From: Candidatus Latescibacterota bacterium
GTDB taxonomy: Bacteria > Latescibacterota > UBA2968 > UBA8231
Direction: 5' to 3'
Length of the DNA stretch: 64,000 nt
Assembly: GCA_009691525.1 (NCBI GenBank)
Contig: SICG01000001.1
Coordinates: forward strand, 791 to 64,790
Shown here in pieces: positions 45,577-62,007 of the stretch. Under the pieces are notes generated by a model. It was not told the DNA's origin, did no database searches, and was given only the letters and a program-made list of their open reading frames with translations. How positions within the stretch are numbered: position 1 is the first letter of the stretch; every line of letters begins with the position of its first letter. A program made the translations under genes and the position numbers.

Positions 45577-45801
45577 TTAAGCCTTGTCGCCCTCGATCTT
45601 TGATGTTGAAGCGCTGGCACCGCGCTCCCGCAGCACCGTATGGACGCGCGCAGTATCGCGCCTAAGTTGGCGCAGGCGAATGGGACTGGTCAACTGGCCC
45701 AAGGTCTGCTGGAAGCGCAGGTTGAACCGCTCTTCGTGCAACTCACCGACCTTGCGGTGCAAATCCTCGGCGCTCATTTCGCGCAACTCGACGACTTTCA
45801 T
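45577..45801 (-). CDS. rpmC: 50S ribosomal protein L29
   Basis: [27 protein letters not shown]. Its start overlaps the rplP stop. Confidence 0.95.
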   Translation of the reverse strand: MKVVELREMSAEDLHRKVGELHEERFNLRFQQTLGQLTSPIRLRQLRRDTARVHTVLRERGASASTSKIEGDKA

Positions 45802-46214
45802 GTTCCTCCCAATCGCTCTACAAACTTGGTCTTGATGGGTAACTTGTGGCTGGCCAATCGCAGAGCCTCACGGGCCATATCCTCGGGGACACCCGAGAGT
45901 TCGAACATCACCCGGCCTGGCTTCACAACCGCCACCCACCCTTCGGGAACACCCTTGCCCTTACCCATGCGGGTTTCGGCGGGCTTCTTGGTGATCGGCT
46001 TATCGGGGAAAAGGCGGATCCACATCTTCCCTGAGCGGCTCATGGCGCGGCTGATGGCAATACGCGCTGCCTCGATCTGCCTATTGGTGACCCAGCCCGG
46101 CTCGATGGCCTTGAGTCCGAACTCACCAAAGGAGACCATGTCTCCCCCCTTGGTGTGCCCGCGCATGCGGCCCCGGGACTGTTTTCTCCACTTGGTCTTC
46201 TTGGGCATCAACAT
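45798..46214 (-). CDS. rplP: 50S ribosomal protein L16
   Basis: [24 protein letters not shown]. Confidence 0.97.
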   Translation of the reverse strand: MLMPKKTKWRKQSRGRMRGHTKGGDMVSFGEFGLKAIEPGWVTNRQIEAARIAISRAMSRSGKMWIRLFPDKPITKKPAETRMGKGKGVPEGWVAVVKPGRVMFELSGVPEDMAREALRLASHKLPIKTKFVERLGGT

Positions 46215-46237
46215 CGCTTAAAATTCCTCGGCAATAA

Positions 46238-46894
46238 TCAGGAGGCGCGCACAGCCGCGGTGGCAGCGTCCACCACTTCGCCGTGGCAGATCCATACCTT
46301 GACCCCGACGGTCCCGGAGATTGTAAAGGCCGTCGAAGTCGCGTAATCGATATCGGCGCGCAAAGTGTGCAGCGGCACCCGTCCGGCTGGCTCAGACCTT
46401 TCACGGCGGGCCATTTCGTTGCCGCCGATCCGGCCGCAGCAAACGATGCGGATCCCTTCGGCACCCATACGCATCGAGGAAGCGACCGACTTCTTCATGG
46501 CGCGGCGGAACGCCACCCGCTGCTCCAGCTGTCTGGCCAGGTTATCGGCCACCAACTGAGCGTCCAACTCAGGCTTTTTGATTTCCTGAATATTGAGGGA
46601 CACATCCTTGCTGGTGATCTGCTTGAGTTCGTCCCGCAACTTGTCGACCTCGGCGCCCCGGCGGCCGATGGCGATGCCGGGACGGGCAGTGAACACCTCA
46701 ATGGTCACCCGTTTGGGATGGCGTTCGATGATGATACGCGACACCCCGGCCCGCTGCAAACGCTGCCGGATGTAGCGCCGCAGCATCAAATCCTCTTTCA
46801 GCAAAACGGCGAAGTCTTTCTCGGCAAACCAGTTGGACCGCCAACCTTTGATCACGCCGAGCCTGAAGCCATAGGGATGCGTCTTTTGGCCCAA
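46238..46894 (-). CDS. rpsC: 30S ribosomal protein S3
   Basis: (M)[23 protein letters not shown]. The start codon is TTG (46892-46894), and I saw no in-frame ATG upstream. Confidence 0.97.
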   Translation of the reverse strand: MGQKTHPYGFRLGVIKGWRSNWFAEKDFAVLLKEDLMLRRYIRQRLQRAGVSRIIIERHPKRVTIEVFTARPGIAIGRRGAEVDKLRDELKQITSKDVSLNIQEIKKPELDAQLVADNLARQLEQRVAFRRAMKKSVASSMRMGAEGIRIVCCGRIGGNEMARRERSEPAGRVPLHTLRADIDYATSTAFTISGTVGVKVWICHGEVVDAATAAVRAS

Positions 46895-46968
46895 AAAAAA
46901 TCTCCCCGAAATTGAGTTTGGCTGCAGAGGCAGAAAACTCTGTGGAACGGATAACCCGCTTCGTTGGT

Positions 46969-47307
46969 TCAGTCGCCCACCACCACCGTGAGGTGGCTCT
47001 GACGCTTCTTAATGCGATCCGCCGAGCCGCGTGCCCGCGGCATGATACGCTTCAGATCCCGCCCCTCGTCGGCAAAAATCCTCTTGACTACCAGCCCCTC
47101 GGGGTCCACTGGATTCTCGGTGTCTTTGTTGGTCGCGTTGGCAATAGCCGAGCGCAGCGTTTTTTCTACAATCTTGGCCACATGCCTGGAGCAGAAACTC
47201 AAAATGGTCATGGCCTCTTCGACCGGCTTGCCGCGAATCAAGTCGATGATCTGGCGCACCTTGGTAGCCGGCACGCCTATGTTCCTGGTTACAGCTCTAT
47301 TTTCCAT
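46969..47307 (-). CDS. rplV: 50S ribosomal protein L22
   Basis: [27 protein letters not shown]. Confidence 0.96.
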   Translation of the reverse strand: MENRAVTRNIGVPATKVRQIIDLIRGKPVEEAMTILSFCSRHVAKIVEKTLRSAIANATNKDTENPVDPEGLVVKRIFADEGRDLKRIMPRARGSADRIKKRQSHLTVVVGD

Positions 47308-47326
47308 ATCATCAGCCCTGATTGAC

Positions 47327-47617
47327 TTACCTTTTGACAGCGCTGGCGCGCTCGGTCAGTTTACCACTATGGCCACGAAAGGTCCGCGTTGGGGCAAATT
47401 CCCCTAACTTGTGGCCCACCATATTCTCGGTAATGTAGACCGGGATGAATTTGTTGCCATTATGCACGGCCAGGGTATGGCCGACAAAGTCAGGGGTGAT
47501 CGTCGAGCGCCTCGACCAGGTCTTGACCACGCGCTTGTCGCCGCCGCGATTGAGCGCCTCGACCTTTTTGGCAAGGCTAGCATCGATAAAGGGACCTTTT
47601 TTGACCGATCTAGGCAT
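47327..47617 (-). CDS. rpsS: 30S ribosomal protein S19
   Basis: [19 protein letters not shown]...[16 protein letters not shown]. Confidence 0.97.
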   Translation of the reverse strand: MPRSVKKGPFIDASLAKKVEALNRGGDKRVVKTWSRRSTITPDFVGHTLAVHNGNKFIPVYITENMVGHKLGEFAPTRTFRGHSGKLTERASAVKR

Positions 47618-47631
47618 GAATCGAATACCCC

Positions 47632-48462
47632 CTATTTGGCCTTGCGCCGGCGCATGATCAAGGCGTTTGACTTGTTCTTGCGTTTGCGAGTCTTGTAGCC
47701 CTTGGTCGGCTGGCCCCAGGGCGAGACTGGGTGACGCCCCCCAGAGGTCTTGCCCTCACCACCGCCGTGCGGATGGTCGACGGGATTCATCGCCACGCCG
47801 CGCACCTTGGGACGGCGTCCCAGCCAGCGAGAACGCCCCGCCTTGCCGATGACCACCTTGTTGTGATCGATGTTGCCTACCTGGCCGATGGTGGCCATGC
47901 ACCCAACCGGTACCTGGCGGACCTCGCCTGAAGGCAGCTTGAGCTGAGCCAGCCGCTCATCACGACCGGCAAGCTGCGCTTCGGCACCGGCGCTGCGGGC
48001 CATCTGGCCGCCGCGACCCGGCTGAAGTTCGATGTTATGCACAGTGGTACCGATAGGAATACGCGCCAGGGGCAGAGCATTGCCCACCTGGATGGCCGCA
48101 TCGGCACCCGCACTCACCATGTCGCCGACCTTGAGCCCTTGCGGTGCGAGGATATAGCGCTTGTCGCCATCACGGTAGAAAAGGAGTGCGATAAAGGCCG
48201 AACGATTGGGATCGTATTCAAGGGAAGCGACCCGGGCCGGAACGCCGGCCTTGTCGCGCCGAAAATCGATGATGCGGTAACGGCGTTTGTGACCGCCACC
48301 ACGGTGACGCATGGTCATCCGCCCCTGCGCGTTGCGGCCACCCGACTTGGATAGGGGGGCGACCAGCGACTTCTCCGGAGCATTGGCGCTCAGCTCAGAA
48401 AAGGATATTACCGTCTTGTAGCGCAGAACGGAGGTGGTAGGATTGAATCTCTTAATGGGCAT
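47632..48462 (-). CDS. rplB: 50S ribosomal protein L2
   Basis: 276 aa with [15 protein letters not shown]...[25 protein letters not shown]. Confidence 0.98.
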   Translation of the reverse strand: MPIKRFNPTTSVLRYKTVISFSELSANAPEKSLVAPLSKSGGRNAQGRMTMRHRGGGHKRRYRIIDFRRDKAGVPARVASLEYDPNRSAFIALLFYRDGDKRYILAPQGLKVGDMVSAGADAAIQVGNALPLARIPIGTTVHNIELQPGRGGQMARSAGAEAQLAGRDERLAQLKLPSGEVRQVPVGCMATIGQVGNIDHNKVVIGKAGRSRWLGRRPKVRGVAMNPVDHPHGGGEGKTSGGRHPVSPWGQPTKGYKTRKRKNKSNALIMRRRKAK

Positions 48463-48481
48463 CGTGCTGCATAGCCTCGGG

Positions 48482-48772
48482 CTAGATGTTCTCGATCAAG
48501 GCGATGGACTCGCCGGCTTTCAGGGACACGTATGCCTTCTTCCATCCGGAGCGGCGCCCCTGGAAGGCTCCTTGGCGCTTGGGCCTGGAGGGCACACTCA
48601 CTGTGCGCACTGATTTTACATGCACACTGAAGATTGACTCGACGGCTTGGCGGATTTGGACCTTAGTGGCACCGGGGACGACCCGGAAGGTATAGGTGTT
48701 GGTCGCCTCCCGGGCTGCCGTGGCCTTCTCGGTCAGGATGGGACGATTGAGAATATTATAGGATTGGTTCAC
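48482..48772 (-). CDS. rplW: 50S ribosomal protein L23
   Basis: [25 protein letters not shown]. Confidence 0.96.
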   Translation of the reverse strand: MNQSYNILNRPILTEKATAAREATNTYTFRVVPGATKVQIRQAVESIFSVHVKSVRTVSVPSRPKRQGAFQGRRSGWKKAYVSLKAGESIALIENI

Positions 48773-48780
48773 GTGCGTCT

Positions 48781-49419
48781 TTACTCCTTATCAGGGCTGG
48801 CAAAGGTCTGGTGGAGTTTGCCGAGCGCCTGACGGGTGAACAGCACAATGTCGGCTTTCATGAGATCGTAGGTGCATAGGGTTCCGACCTGTTGAATCTC
48901 GACCCGCGGCAGGTTGCGCCCCGACTTGAGCAGCACCGGGTTACTTTCGGAGGTCACGAAGAGCAGGCGCTGGCCGCCCAGACCACAGGCATCGATAACT
49001 GCCTTGAAGGACTTGGTGCTGGGAGCCGCCAACTCGAAATCGGCGACCACCTTGATCATGCCATCACGCCCCTTAAGCGACAGCGCCGAGGTAAGGGCTC
49101 GCTGCTTGAGCCCCTTGGGCATCTGCGTCCGGTAGGAGCGCGGAATAGGGCCGAAAGCCACACCACCACCCTTGACCACCGGGGACTTTCGCGATCCCAT
49201 GCGCGCCTGGCCGGTGCCCTTCTGGCGATGGTGTTTCTTACTGGTGCGGCACACCTCGGCGCGGGTCTTAACCGCAGCAGTACCCTGCCGCTGGTTGGCC
49301 TCGTAAGCCACCACCGCCCGGTAAAGGGCATATTCGGAAACCTTGGCCTCGAAGAGGTGAGACGGCAATTCGACCGTCCCCTCCCCTTTGCCCGCTGAAT
49401 TCAGTACTTCGACCTGCAC
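48781..49419 (-). CDS. rplD: 50S ribosomal protein L4
   Basis: KKHHRQKGTGQARMGSRKSPVVKGGGVAFGPIPRSY is the L4 signature. The start is GTG with AAGGA 9 nt upstream, and the stop is TAA. It lies only 32 nt downstream of rpsJ. Confidence 0.97.
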   Translation of the reverse strand: MQVEVLNSAGKGEGTVELPSHLFEAKVSEYALYRAVVAYEANQRQGTAAVKTRAEVCRTSKKHHRQKGTGQARMGSRKSPVVKGGGVAFGPIPRSYRTQMPKGLKQRALTSALSLKGRDGMIKVVADFELAAPSTKSFKAVIDACGLGGQRLLFVTSESNPVLLKSGRNLPRVEIQQVGTLCTYDLMKADIVLFTRQALGKLHQTFASPDKE

Positions 49420-49451
49420 GACCGCATCCTTTTCATTGAGAAGTTATCTGA

Positions 49452-49760
49452 TCAAACCTTGATATCGATGCCGATACCGGCCGGCAAGTCGAGCTTCATC
49501 AGAGAATCTACCGTCTGTGGGGTAGAATCGTAGATATCGATGAGTCGCTTATGGACTCGGGTTTCAAACTGCTCCCGAGATTTCTTGTCGACGTGCGGCG
49601 AACGCAAAACGGTATAGAGGGTGCGGTCTGTGGGCAGGGGCACCGGACCGGCCACCCTGGCACCACTGCGTTTCACGGTCTGCACGATCTCATCCACCGA
49701 ACGATCCAGCGCCGCATGATCGTATGCCTTGAGACGTATGCGTATTTTCCCGACTGCCAC
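49452..49760 (-). CDS. rpsJ: 30S ribosomal protein S10
   Basis: [40 protein letters not shown]. Confidence 0.97.
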   Translation of the reverse strand: MAVGKIRIRLKAYDHAALDRSVDEIVQTVKRSGARVAGPVPLPTDRTLYTVLRSPHVDKKSREQFETRVHKRLIDIYDSTPQTVDSLMKLDLPAGIGIDIKV

Positions 49761-49780
49761 TAGCGGCCTCCGCGCTCGAT

Positions 49781-50971
49781 TTACTCGATGATCTCGGTGA
49801 CGATACCCGAGCCGATGGTCCGACCGCCTTCGCGAATGGCGAAGCGCAATTGCTGCTCAACGGCGATGGGCTGGATCAGTTCCACTTGGATGCTAACATT
49901 GTCGCCGGGCATGACCATCTCAGTGCCCTCGGGCAGAGCGATGCTGCCGGTCACGTCGGTGGTACGGAAGAAGAACTGGGGACGGTAGCCGGTAAAGAAG
50001 GGCTTCTCACGGCCACCTTCCTTGGTGGTCAACACGTAAACTTCGGCCTTGAACTTGGTGTGAGGAGTGATACTGCCGGGCTTGCACAGCACCATGCCGC
50101 GCTGCAGATCTTCTTTTTCGACCCCGCGCAGCAGCAAGCCGACGTTGTCGCCAGCCTCACCCGAGTCGAGTTCCTTGCGGAACATCTCGACCCCGGTGCA
50201 TACCGTCTTGCGGGTATCCTTGATGCCCACAACTTCAATCTCCTCACCGATTTTGATCCGCCCGCGCTCGATACGACCGGTGCCCACGGTGCCACGACCG
50301 GTGATGCTGAACACGTCTTCGACTGGCATGAGGAAGGGCAGATCAACCGGACGCTGCGGCATCATGACGTACTCGTCGACCGCATCCATTAGTTTATCGA
50401 TGGCCAGGACACCGATCTCGCTGGGGTCCCCTTCGAGAGCCTTGAGGCCGGAGCCACGGATGACCGGGATCTCGTCGCCGGGGTAATCGTATCTGGAGAG
50501 CAGTTCGCGGGTTTCGAGTTCGACCAAATCGAGGAGTTCGGGGTCATCGACTTGGTCGACCTTGTTGAGAAAGACCACGATGCAGGGCACATTGACCTGG
50601 CGGGCCAGGAGGATGTGCTCGCGGGTCTGGACCATGGGGCCGTCGGCGGCGCTCACTACCAGAATAGCGCCGTCCATCTGCGCCGCACCGGTGATCATGT
50701 TTTTGATGTAGTCGGCGTGGCCCGGACAATCGACATGGGCGTAATGCCGCTTCTCGGTCTCGTACTCGGCGTGGTGAACATTGATTGTCACCCCACGGGC
50801 CTTCTCTTCGGGGGCGGTATCGATTTCGTCCACCGACTTGGCCTTGGCCAGTCCCTTGCTCGCCATGCGATTTAGGATGGCGGCGGTGAGGGTGGTCTTG
50901 CCGTGGTCCACGTGACCGATAGTACCGATGTTAAGGTGGGGCTTATTGCGTTTAAACTTCTCCTTGGCCAT
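49781..50971 (-). CDS. tuf: Elongation factor Tu
   Basis: [31 protein letters not shown]...[25 protein letters not shown]. Confidence 0.99.
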   Translation of the reverse strand: MAKEKFKRNKPHLNIGTIGHVDHGKTTLTAAILNRMASKGLAKAKSVDEIDTAPEEKARGVTINVHHAEYETEKRHYAHVDCPGHADYIKNMITGAAQMDGAILVVSAADGPMVQTREHILLARQVNVPCIVVFLNKVDQVDDPELLDLVELETRELLSRYDYPGDEIPVIRGSGLKALEGDPSEIGVLAIDKLMDAVDEYVMMPQRPVDLPFLMPVEDVFSITGRGTVGTGRIERGRIKIGEEIEVVGIKDTRKTVCTGVEMFRKELDSGEAGDNVGLLLRGVEKEDLQRGMVLCKPGSITPHTKFKAEVYVLTTKEGGREKPFFTGYRPQFFFRTTDVTGSIALPEGTEMVMPGDNVSIQVELIQPIAVEQQLRFAIREGGRTIGSGIVTEIIE

Positions 50972-50994
50972 ATCTCTTCCTCTCTTTTCCTTAT

Positions 50995-53094
50995 CTATCT
51001 TCTCTTAGTGTCTTGTCCCTGGGCTTTGGCAACAATTTCCTCGGTGATCTGCTTGGGAACCTCGCGGTATTTGGAGAACTGCAAGGTGAACACCGCCCGC
51101 CCCTGAGTCAGGGAGCGCAAGCGAGTGGCATAGCCAAAGGTCTCGCTCAGCGGAATCAAGGCGCTGATCACCTGGGCATCAGAACGGGTATTGATGCCCG
51201 CAATCTCGCCGCGGTGGGAGTTAAGATCGCCGATCACATCGCCCAGGTACTGCTCGGGAACCACCACTTCCAGTTCCATGATCGGTTCCATCAAGAAGGG
51301 TTTAGCCTTCTGCGCCCCGTCCTTGAAGGCCATGGAGCCGGCCACCTTGAAGGCCATTTCCGAAGAGTCGACATCGTGGTAAGACCCGTCGATCAGGCTA
51401 ACCTTGACATCCTCGATGGGATAGCCGGCCACCGGCCCGTTGAGCATCGCCTCCTGAATGCCCTGGCGCGCGGGGTTGATGTATTCCTTGGGAATGGAAC
51501 CGCCGACGAGTTTCGACTCGAAGACCAGCCCTGTTCCCGGTTCACCCGGCTCCATCTCGATCTCCACATGCCCGTACTGGCCTCGCCCACCCGACTGACG
51601 CACGAAACGCCCAGTAGCCTGTACCTTGTTGCGCAAACCTTCTTTGTAGGCTACCTGGGGCCGGCCGACATTGGCTTCAACCTTGAATTCGCGAAACAAA
51701 CGATCGATGAGAATCTCGAGGTGCAACTCGCCCATGCCCGACATCACCGTCTGGCCAGTCTCAGCATCGGCCTTGACCAGAAAGGTCGGGTCTTCTTCGC
51801 TGAGCTTGGCTAGGCCGATGTGGAGTTGCTCCTGGTCGGCGCGGGTCTTGGGCTCAATGGCCACATGCACCACCGGCTTGGCAAACTCAATACGCTCGAG
51901 GATAACAGGAGCCTTCTCATCGCAAAGCGTATCACCGGTGGTGGTGCTCTTGAGGCCGACCACGGCGACAATGTCGCCCGTCCAAACCTCTTTGCGCTCA
52001 GTGCGGTTGTTGGCGTGCATCTCCAACAACCGGGAGATCCGCTCGCGCTTGCCTGAGGTGGAGTTGTATACATAGGAACCAGCTTGGAGTTGTCCGGAGT
52101 AGACCCGCACGAAGGTCAGGCGGCCCACGAAGGGATCGGTCATAACCTTGAAAGCCAGGCCGGCAAAAGGCTCGTTGTCATCGGGCCGGCGCACGACTTT
52201 TTCTTCTGAATTGGGCAGAACTCCCTCGACCTCGCCGACGTCCAGCGGTGAGGGCAGGAAGTCGAGCACCGCGTCGAGCAGTTGTTGGACCCCTTTGTGG
52301 CGGAAAGCACTGCCGCAAGTAACCGGCATCGCCTTCATGGCGACCGTTGCCCGGCGCAGCGCAGTGCGGATTTCGGCCGGGCCAATCTCCTTGCCCCCGA
52401 GGAATTTTTCGAGCAAACCGTCGTCGAAATCGGCGACCGCCTCAAGCATTTTCTCGCGGTAGTGAAGGGCATTTTCCAGCAGGTCAGCCGGGATATCCGT
52501 CTCAAAGTACTTGGACCCCTGCGAGCCATCTTCGTAGGTGATGGCCTTCATGGTGATGAGGTCAATGATCCCGGTAAAGGTTTCGCCGGTGCCCATCGGC
52601 AGTTGGACGGGGACAAAATTGCTGCCCACCAGGCGCTCTCTGAGCATGGCCAAAACCCGGTAAAAATCAGCCCCATTGCGGTCCATCTTATTGACAAAGG
52701 CAATACGCGGTACATGGTAGCGGTTGGCCTGGCGCCAGACCGTCTCTGATTGGGGTTCAACCCCGCCCACTGCACAGAAAACCCCGATGGCACCATCGAG
52801 CACCCGCAGGGAACGTTCCACCTCAGCGGTAAAGTCGACGTGTCCCGGAGTGTCGATGATGTTGATCCGGTGGTCGCGCCATTGGCAGGCCGTGGCAGCC
52901 GAGGTGATGGTAATGCCTCGCTCGCGTTCCTGCTCCATCCAGTCCATGGTGGTGTTGCCTTCGTGCACCTCGCCCATCCGATGCACACGCCCGGTGTAGA
53001 ACAGGATGCGCTCGGTGGTAGTGGTCTTGCCGGCGTCGATGTGCGCGGCAATGCCTATGTTACGGGTGACACTGAGATCGTATTCGCGCGCCAT
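50995..53094 (-). CDS. fusA: Elongation factor G
   Basis: 699 aa with [25 protein letters not shown]...[24 protein letters not shown]. Confidence 0.99.
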   Translation of the reverse strand: MAREYDLSVTRNIGIAAHIDAGKTTTTERILFYTGRVHRMGEVHEGNTTMDWMEQERERGITITSAATACQWRDHRINIIDTPGHVDFTAEVERSLRVLDGAIGVFCAVGGVEPQSETVWRQANRYHVPRIAFVNKMDRNGADFYRVLAMLRERLVGSNFVPVQLPMGTGETFTGIIDLITMKAITYEDGSQGSKYFETDIPADLLENALHYREKMLEAVADFDDGLLEKFLGGKEIGPAEIRTALRRATVAMKAMPVTCGSAFRHKGVQQLLDAVLDFLPSPLDVGEVEGVLPNSEEKVVRRPDDNEPFAGLAFKVMTDPFVGRLTFVRVYSGQLQAGSYVYNSTSGKRERISRLLEMHANNRTERKEVWTGDIVAVVGLKSTTTGDTLCDEKAPVILERIEFAKPVVHVAIEPKTRADQEQLHIGLAKLSEEDPTFLVKADAETGQTVMSGMGELHLEILIDRLFREFKVEANVGRPQVAYKEGLRNKVQATGRFVRQSGGRGQYGHVEIEMEPGEPGTGLVFESKLVGGSIPKEYINPARQGIQEAMLNGPVAGYPIEDVKVSLIDGSYHDVDSSEMAFKVAGSMAFKDGAQKAKPFLMEPIMELEVVVPEQYLGDVIGDLNSHRGEIAGINTRSDAQVISALIPLSETFGYATRLRSLTQGRAVFTLQFSKYREVPKQITEEIVAKAQGQDTKRR

Positions 53095-53100
53095 ATTCTT

Positions 53101-53571
53101 TTAGAACCGATAATGGGCAAAAGCCTTGTTCGCTTCGGCCATACGGTGAACATCGTCGCGCTGGCGAATAGCCCCTCCTTCGCCCTTGGAGGCAGCGATC
53201 AGTTCATTGCCCAACCGCTCCGCCATGGTCCGCTCGGAGCGCTCGCTCGCATAACGGATGAGCCATTTGATGGCGCGGGAGGTACGCTCCTCTGGGCGAA
53301 CTTCCTGGGGCACCTGGTAGGTAGCACCGCCCACGCGCCGGGAACGCACCATGACCATGGGTTTGACCTTCTCCACCGCCACCTGGAAGACCTCAATTCC
53401 CGGTTGGCCGGTGCGCTCGCTGATCAGGTCTACCGCGTGGTAGAAGATGTGCTCGGCCACACTTTTCTTGCCCTGTTTCATGAGACAATTCATGAAACGG
53501 GAGGCCAGCACATTGTTGAATTTCGGATCCGGTAGGATCTGCCTTTTGGTAATTCGTCTGCGGCGCGACAT
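53101..53571 (-). CDS. rpsG: 30S ribosomal protein S7
   Basis: MSRRRRITKRQILPDPKFNNVLASRFMNCLMKQGKKSVAE. Confidence 0.98.
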   Translation of the reverse strand: MSRRRRITKRQILPDPKFNNVLASRFMNCLMKQGKKSVAEHIFYHAVDLISERTGQPGIEVFQVAVEKVKPMVMVRSRRVGGATYQVPQEVRPEERTSRAIKWLIRYASERSERTMAERLGNELIAASKGEGGAIRQRDDVHRMAEANKAFAHYRF

Positions 53572-53592
53572 CTATTCAGTCATTCCCCTATG

Positions 53593-53982
53593 CTATTTTT
53601 TCTTGGCTTTCTTGTCGGGACTTCTGGCACCGTACTTAGAACGACCCTGCCGGCGCTCGGCCACTCCACTGGTGTCGAGCACACCGCGAATGATATGGTA
53701 GCGGACCCCTGGGCAATCCTTGACGCGCCCGCCGCGAACCAGGACAATCGAGTGCTCCTGCAGGTTATTGCCTTCTCCGGGGATATACGCTGTGACCTCT
53801 TGGCCGGTGGTCAGGCGCACCCGAGCCATCTTGCGCAGGGCGGAGTTGGGCTTTTTGGGGGTGGTGGTGAAGACCCTGGTGCACACCCCGCGGCGCTGGG
53901 GACACCCCAGAAGCGCCGGCGCGTCGGTTTTATTTTTGAACTGGACGCGCCCTTTTCGGACCAACTGGCTGATCGTTGGCAA
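53593..53982 (-). CDS. rpsL: 30S ribosomal protein S12
   Basis: (M)[11 protein letters not shown]...[16 protein letters not shown]. The start codon is TTG (53980-53982). The upstream frame closes at TGA 54001-54003 with no ATG, and AGGAGA lies about 9 nt upstream. Confidence 0.98.
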   Translation of the reverse strand: MPTISQLVRKGRVQFKNKTDAPALLGCPQRRGVCTRVFTTTPKKPNSALRKMARVRLTTGQEVTAYIPGEGNNLQEHSIVLVRGGRVKDCPGVRYHIIRGVLDTSGVAERRQGRSKYGARSPDKKAKKK

Positions 53983-54034
53983 GAATCGGTTTCTCCTGAT
54001 TCAGAGTTTCAGGCCAAAGTAATGGTAAACTTAG

Positions 54035-54063
54035 AATATATGTAAGAATTTCCCGTTCGTCAA
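54035..54063 (-). promoter_or_regulatory. Putative sigma-70 promoter of rpsL-rpsG-fusA-tuf, overlapping the rpoC stop codon
   Basis: On the minus strand: TTGACG (54063-54058, contains the rpoC TGA), a 17-nt spacer, then TATATT (54040-54035). It sits in the only AT-rich stretch between rpoC and rpsL. Confidence 0.45.
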
Positions 54064-57000
54064 TACCCTTCACCAACGGAACTTATCTCCTCCGTCAACC
54101 CCTCTCGATCCCCGTCGATGCCGGCCACCCCGTTGCCCTCTTCGGCATACGAAACCCCCCGGTAGAGGGTGGAGCCGGTGCCGGCCGGAATGAGGCGGCC
54201 GATGATGACATTTTCCTTGAGGCCGCGCAGGTAGTCGATCTTGCCCTGGACTGCCGCTTCGGTGAGCACCCGGGTGGTTTCCTGGAAGGACGCCGCCGAG
54301 ATGAAGCTGTCGGTGCGCAGCGAGGCCCTAGTGATGCCCAGGAGGATGGATTGGCAAGTCGCCGGATCCCCTCCCTCGCTGATGACCTTTTCGTTTTCCC
54401 GATTGAAGCGGATCTTGTCCACCTCCTCGGCTTCGAGGAAGTTGGTATCGCCCGGATCCATCACCTTGACTTTCTGCAGCATCTGGCGCACGATGACTTC
54501 GACGTGTTTGTCGTTGATTGCCACCGCCTGTAGACGGTACACGTCCTGGATCTCGTTGACCAGGTATTCCTCGACCTTGTGGATACCCTGGACCCGCAGG
54601 AGGTCTCGCGGGTCCACGGCGCCTTCGGAGAGGCGCTCGCCGGCCACCACATGGTCCCCCTCGTGCACCCGCAGGTGCTTGCCGTAGGGCACCAGGTACT
54701 TGCGTTCCTCACCGTCCACCGAGGTCACCGTGAGTTCGCGATTGCCGCGGACCAGACCGCCAAAATGCACGGCCCCGTCAATTTCGGAGATCACCGCCGG
54801 CTCCTTGGGCCGCCGCGCCTCGAAGAGCTCGGCCACCCGGGGCAGACCGCCGGTGATGTCGCGGGTCTTGGTGCGCTCACGCGGGATCTTGACCAGAATC
54901 TGTCCGGGCTGGAGGCGGGCACCGTCGGCGACCAGCAGGCGTGCCCCCACCGGGATGATATAGACGCGCCGCCCGCGATCCTGGCTAGTCACCTCGAGCT
55001 GTGGGCTGAGTGACCGGTCGCGCTGCTCGACGATGACCCGGGCGCTCATACCCGTGGTCTCGACGATCTCCTCGCGCATCGTCACCTCGTCGATGATATC
55101 GGTGAACTTCACGGTTCCGGCGCGGTCGCTGATGATCACATTGTTGTAGGGGTCCCACTCGTAGAGCACCTGCTTGGGGTCGACCGAGTCACCATCCTTG
55201 ACCTTGAGGTTGGCACCATAGGGCACGTTGATATGACCTCTGACCCGGTTCTGCTCGTCCAACAGATTTATGCCACCATTGCGCACCGTGACCACCGGAC
55301 CGAGTTCGGGGTTCTCGACGGTCAGAATATTGACGAACTGGATGCGGCCCTGCCGGACGGCGGTGATCTGGGACTGCTCGGCGATACGGCTGGCGGTCCC
55401 ACCGATGTGGAAGGTGCGCAGGGTCAATTGGGTACCTGGCTCGCCGATGCTCTGGGCGGCGATCACCCCCACCGCTTCGCCAATGTTGACGATCCTGCCA
55501 GTGGCCAGATTGCGTCCGTAGCAATTGGCGCATACCCCTCGGTCGGACTCGCAGGTGAGTACCGAGCGGATACTGACCGTTTCGATGCCCGAATTGGCGA
55601 TGCGCTTGGCGTCTTCCTCTTCGAGTAGCGCCCCAGCTTCTCCCACCACCGCCCCTTCGGCATCGTAGGCATCCTCAAGCAGCACCCGGCCGACGATGCG
55701 GTCGGCCAAGGGCTCGACGATCTCCTCGCCATCCTTGAGGGCACCGACCACGATGCCCTGCCCGGTGCCACAGTCGGGTTCACTGATCACCACATCTTGG
55801 GCTACGTCGACCATGCGCCGGGTCAGGTAGCCGGCCTCGGCGGTCTTCAACGCCGTGTCGGCCAATCCCTTGCGCGCCCCGTGGGTGGAGATGAAGTACT
55901 CCAATACCGTAAGCCCCACCTTGAAGGAAGCGATGATCGGGGTCTCGATGATCTCGCCCACCGCACCGGTCAACTTCTTCTGGGGCTTGTTCATCAGGCC
56001 GCGCATGCCGCCCAACTGCTTGATCTGATCCTCGCTACCGCGGGCCCCCGAGTCTTTCATGATATAGATAGAATTAAAACCGTCCTCGTCGTTCTCCAGC
56101 GCCTTCTGCACCGCCCGGGATACCAAAGACGTGGTGTGGGTCCAGATGTCGATGATCTTGTTGTAGCGCTCGCCGTCGGTGATAACCCCGTTAGTGTACT
56201 GGTCGCGAACCTTCTCCACCTCCTTGAGCGCTGCCTGGATGTGGGTGTCCTTCTCCTTGGGCACCACTACGTCATCGACGGAGATGGAGATACCGGCCAT
56301 CGTCGCATGGTGGTAACCCAGCTTCTTGAGTTGGTCGACGAACTCGGTGGTGCGGCGGTTGCCCAGGTGCCGATGTACGTCGCCGGTGATCCGCTTGATA
56401 TCGCGCTTGTCGATATTTTGATTGATGAAACCCAGTTCCTCGGGCAGCACCTCATTGAATATGAGGCGCCCGACGGTGGTATCGACTATCTCGCCCTTGA
56501 TGCGCACCTTGATTGGCTGGTGCAGGGTGATACGCTCCGATTCGTAGGCCGCCTGTGCTTCCAGGCGGTTGGCGAAACGCCGCTCCTGTTTGTCGGCATC
56601 CCCGAACTTGACCTTGGTCAGATAGTAGCTGCCCAGCACGATATCCTGCGGGTTGTCCATAACCACCGGCTCACCGTCGGCCGGTTTTAACAGATTTTGG
56701 GTCGACAGCATCAACAACCGCGCCTCGATCTGGGCTTCGAAGGAGAGCGGTACGTGCACCGCCATCTGGTCGCCGTCGAAGTCGGCATTAAACGCCGCAC
56801 AGACCAGTGGGTGCAGGCGGATGGCTTTGCCTTCGACCAGGATGGGCTGGAAAGCCTGAATGCCCAGGCGGTGAAGCGTGGGCGCCCGGTTGAGCATCAC
56901 GCAGTGATCCTGGATGATCTCCTCTAGGATATCCCACACCTCCGGCCTTTCGCGCTCGACCAGTTTCTTGGCGCTTTTGACGGTCTGCACCAGGCCTTTC

Positions 57001-58145
57001 TCTTCGAGCTTGCGGATGACAAAGGGCTTGAACAGTTCCAAGGCCATGCTCTTGGGCAGGCCGCACTGGTGCAATTTCAGATCGGGCCCAACCACGATCA
57101 CCGAACGGCCCGAATAGTCGACCCGCTTGCCCAACAGATTCTGGCGGAAACGTCCCTGCTTGCCCTTGAGCAAATCGCTGAGGGATTTGAGGGAGCGGTT
57201 GCCGTCTCCGCGCACCGCGCGTGAACGCCGGCCATTGTCGAAGAGCGCGTCCACCGCCTCCTGTAGCATCCGCTTCTCGTTGCGCAGGATAACTTCGGGG
57301 GCTTTAATGCTAATCAGTTTCTTGAGGCGGTTATTGCGGTTGATGACCCGCCGGTAAAGATCGTTGAGGTCCGAGGTGGCGAAACGCCCGCCCTCCAGCG
57401 GCACTAGGGGCCGCAGATCGGGGGGGATGACCGGGATAACGGCGAGGATCATCCACTCGGGGCGGTTCTCGGACTGGCGGAAAGCCTCCACCACCTTCAG
57501 GCGCTTGAGGGCCTCCTGCTTGCGCTGGATGGAGGTCTCCATGCGCACCCGGGCGCGTAATTCGGCGGAGATTTCCTCAATGTCGATCTGCGAGAGCAAG
57601 TCCCTGATCGCCGGCGCCCCCATACCCACCGTCAACTCGATTCCCTGGCTGCGCAATTCGGCCAGTTCCTCTTCGGTGATGATGGCCAGCTTTTCAACCG
57701 GCGCATTCTTGGGATCGATGACTACATAGGACTCGTAGTAGAGGATACGCTCAAGGTTGCGCATCGAGATATCCAACAGGGCCCCGATGCGCGAAGGCAA
57801 TGACTTGAAATACCAGATGTGCGAGACCGCGACCGCCAACTCGATGTGCCCCAAGCGCTCACGCCGCACCTTGGCCTGGGTGACCTCGACCCCGCAGCGA
57901 TCGCAAACCACCCCGCGGTAACGAATACCTTTGTACTTGCCGCAGTGACAGTTCCAATCCTTCACCGGCCCAAAGGTCTTTTCGCAGAACAGGCCGTCCC
58001 TTTCGGGCTTGAAGGAGCGGTAATTGATGGTCTCAGGCTTGGTGACCTCGCCATTGGACCAGGAACGGATGGTGTCGGGTGAAGCAAGTTGGATGCGGAT
58101 CGAATCGAAGTCAGTAGGTTTACGCGAAATATTTGCCTTGATCAC
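54060..58145 (-). CDS. rpoC: DNA-directed RNA polymerase subunit beta'
   Basis: 1361 aa with the zinc motif [23 protein letters not shown] and the catalytic [17 protein letters not shown]. Confidence 0.99.
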   Translation of the reverse strand: MIKANISRKPTDFDSIRIQLASPDTIRSWSNGEVTKPETINYRSFKPERDGLFCEKTFGPVKDWNCHCGKYKGIRYRGVVCDRCGVEVTQAKVRRERLGHIELAVAVSHIWYFKSLPSRIGALLDISMRNLERILYYESYVVIDPKNAPVEKLAIITEEELAELRSQGIELTVGMGAPAIRDLLSQIDIEEISAELRARVRMETSIQRKQEALKRLKVVEAFRQSENRPEWMILAVIPVIPPDLRPLVPLEGGRFATSDLNDLYRRVINRNNRLKKLISIKAPEVILRNEKRMLQEAVDALFDNGRRSRAVRGDGNRSLKSLSDLLKGKQGRFRQNLLGKRVDYSGRSVIVVGPDLKLHQCGLPKSMALELFKPFVIRKLEEKGLVQTVKSAKKLVERERPEVWDILEEIIQDHCVMLNRAPTLHRLGIQAFQPILVEGKAIRLHPLVCAAFNADFDGDQMAVHVPLSFEAQIEARLLMLSTQNLLKPADGEPVVMDNPQDIVLGSYYLTKVKFGDADKQERRFANRLEAQAAYESERITLHQPIKVRIKGEIVDTTVGRLIFNEVLPEELGFINQNIDKRDIKRITGDVHRHLGNRRTTEFVDQLKKLGYHHATMAGISISVDDVVVPKEKDTHIQAALKEVEKVRDQYTNGVITDGERYNKIIDIWTHTTSLVSRAVQKALENDEDGFNSIYIMKDSGARGSEDQIKQLGGMRGLMNKPQKKLTGAVGEIIETPIIASFKVGLTVLEYFISTHGARKGLADTALKTAEAGYLTRRMVDVAQDVVISEPDCGTGQGIVVGALKDGEEIVEPLADRIVGRVLLEDAYDAEGAVVGEAGALLEEEDAKRIANSGIETVSIRSVLTCESDRGVCANCYGRNLATGRIVNIGEAVGVIAAQSIGEPGTQLTLRTFHIGGTASRIAEQSQITAVRQGRIQFVNILTVENPELGPVVTVRNGGINLLDEQNRVRGHINVPYGANLKVKDGDSVDPKQVLYEWDPYNNVIISDRAGTVKFTDIIDEVTMREEIVETTGMSARVIVEQRDRSLSPQLEVTSQDRGRRVYIIPVGARLLVADGARLQPGQILVKIPRERTKTRDITGGLPRVAELFEARRPKEPAVISEIDGAVHFGGLVRGNRELTVTSVDGEERKYLVPYGKHLRVHEGDHVVAGERLSEGAVDPRDLLRVQGIHKVEEYLVNEIQDVYRLQAVAINDKHVEVIVRQMLQKVKVMDPGDTNFLEAEEVDKIRFNRENEKVISEGGDPATCQSILLGITRASLRTDSFISAASFQETTRVLTEAAVQGKIDYLRGLKENVIIGRLIPAGTGSTLYRGVSYAEEGNGVAGIDGDREGLTEEISSVGEGY

Positions 58146-58186
58146 TGCAGACCCCCTTTGGCGATGGGCGTAGGTTCTTTCCGAAA

Positions 58187-61975
<3,789 letters not shown>

Positions 61976-62007
61976 GCCCCAGACTCCTTCTTTGCAGGTT
62001 TAAGCCA

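Noticed and set aside
46895-46968. Unusually long (74-nt) rplV-rpsC spacer as a possible structured regulatory RNA
   Set aside because: I found only 5-bp stems (CAGAG/CTCTG), which is not enough to claim a structured element.
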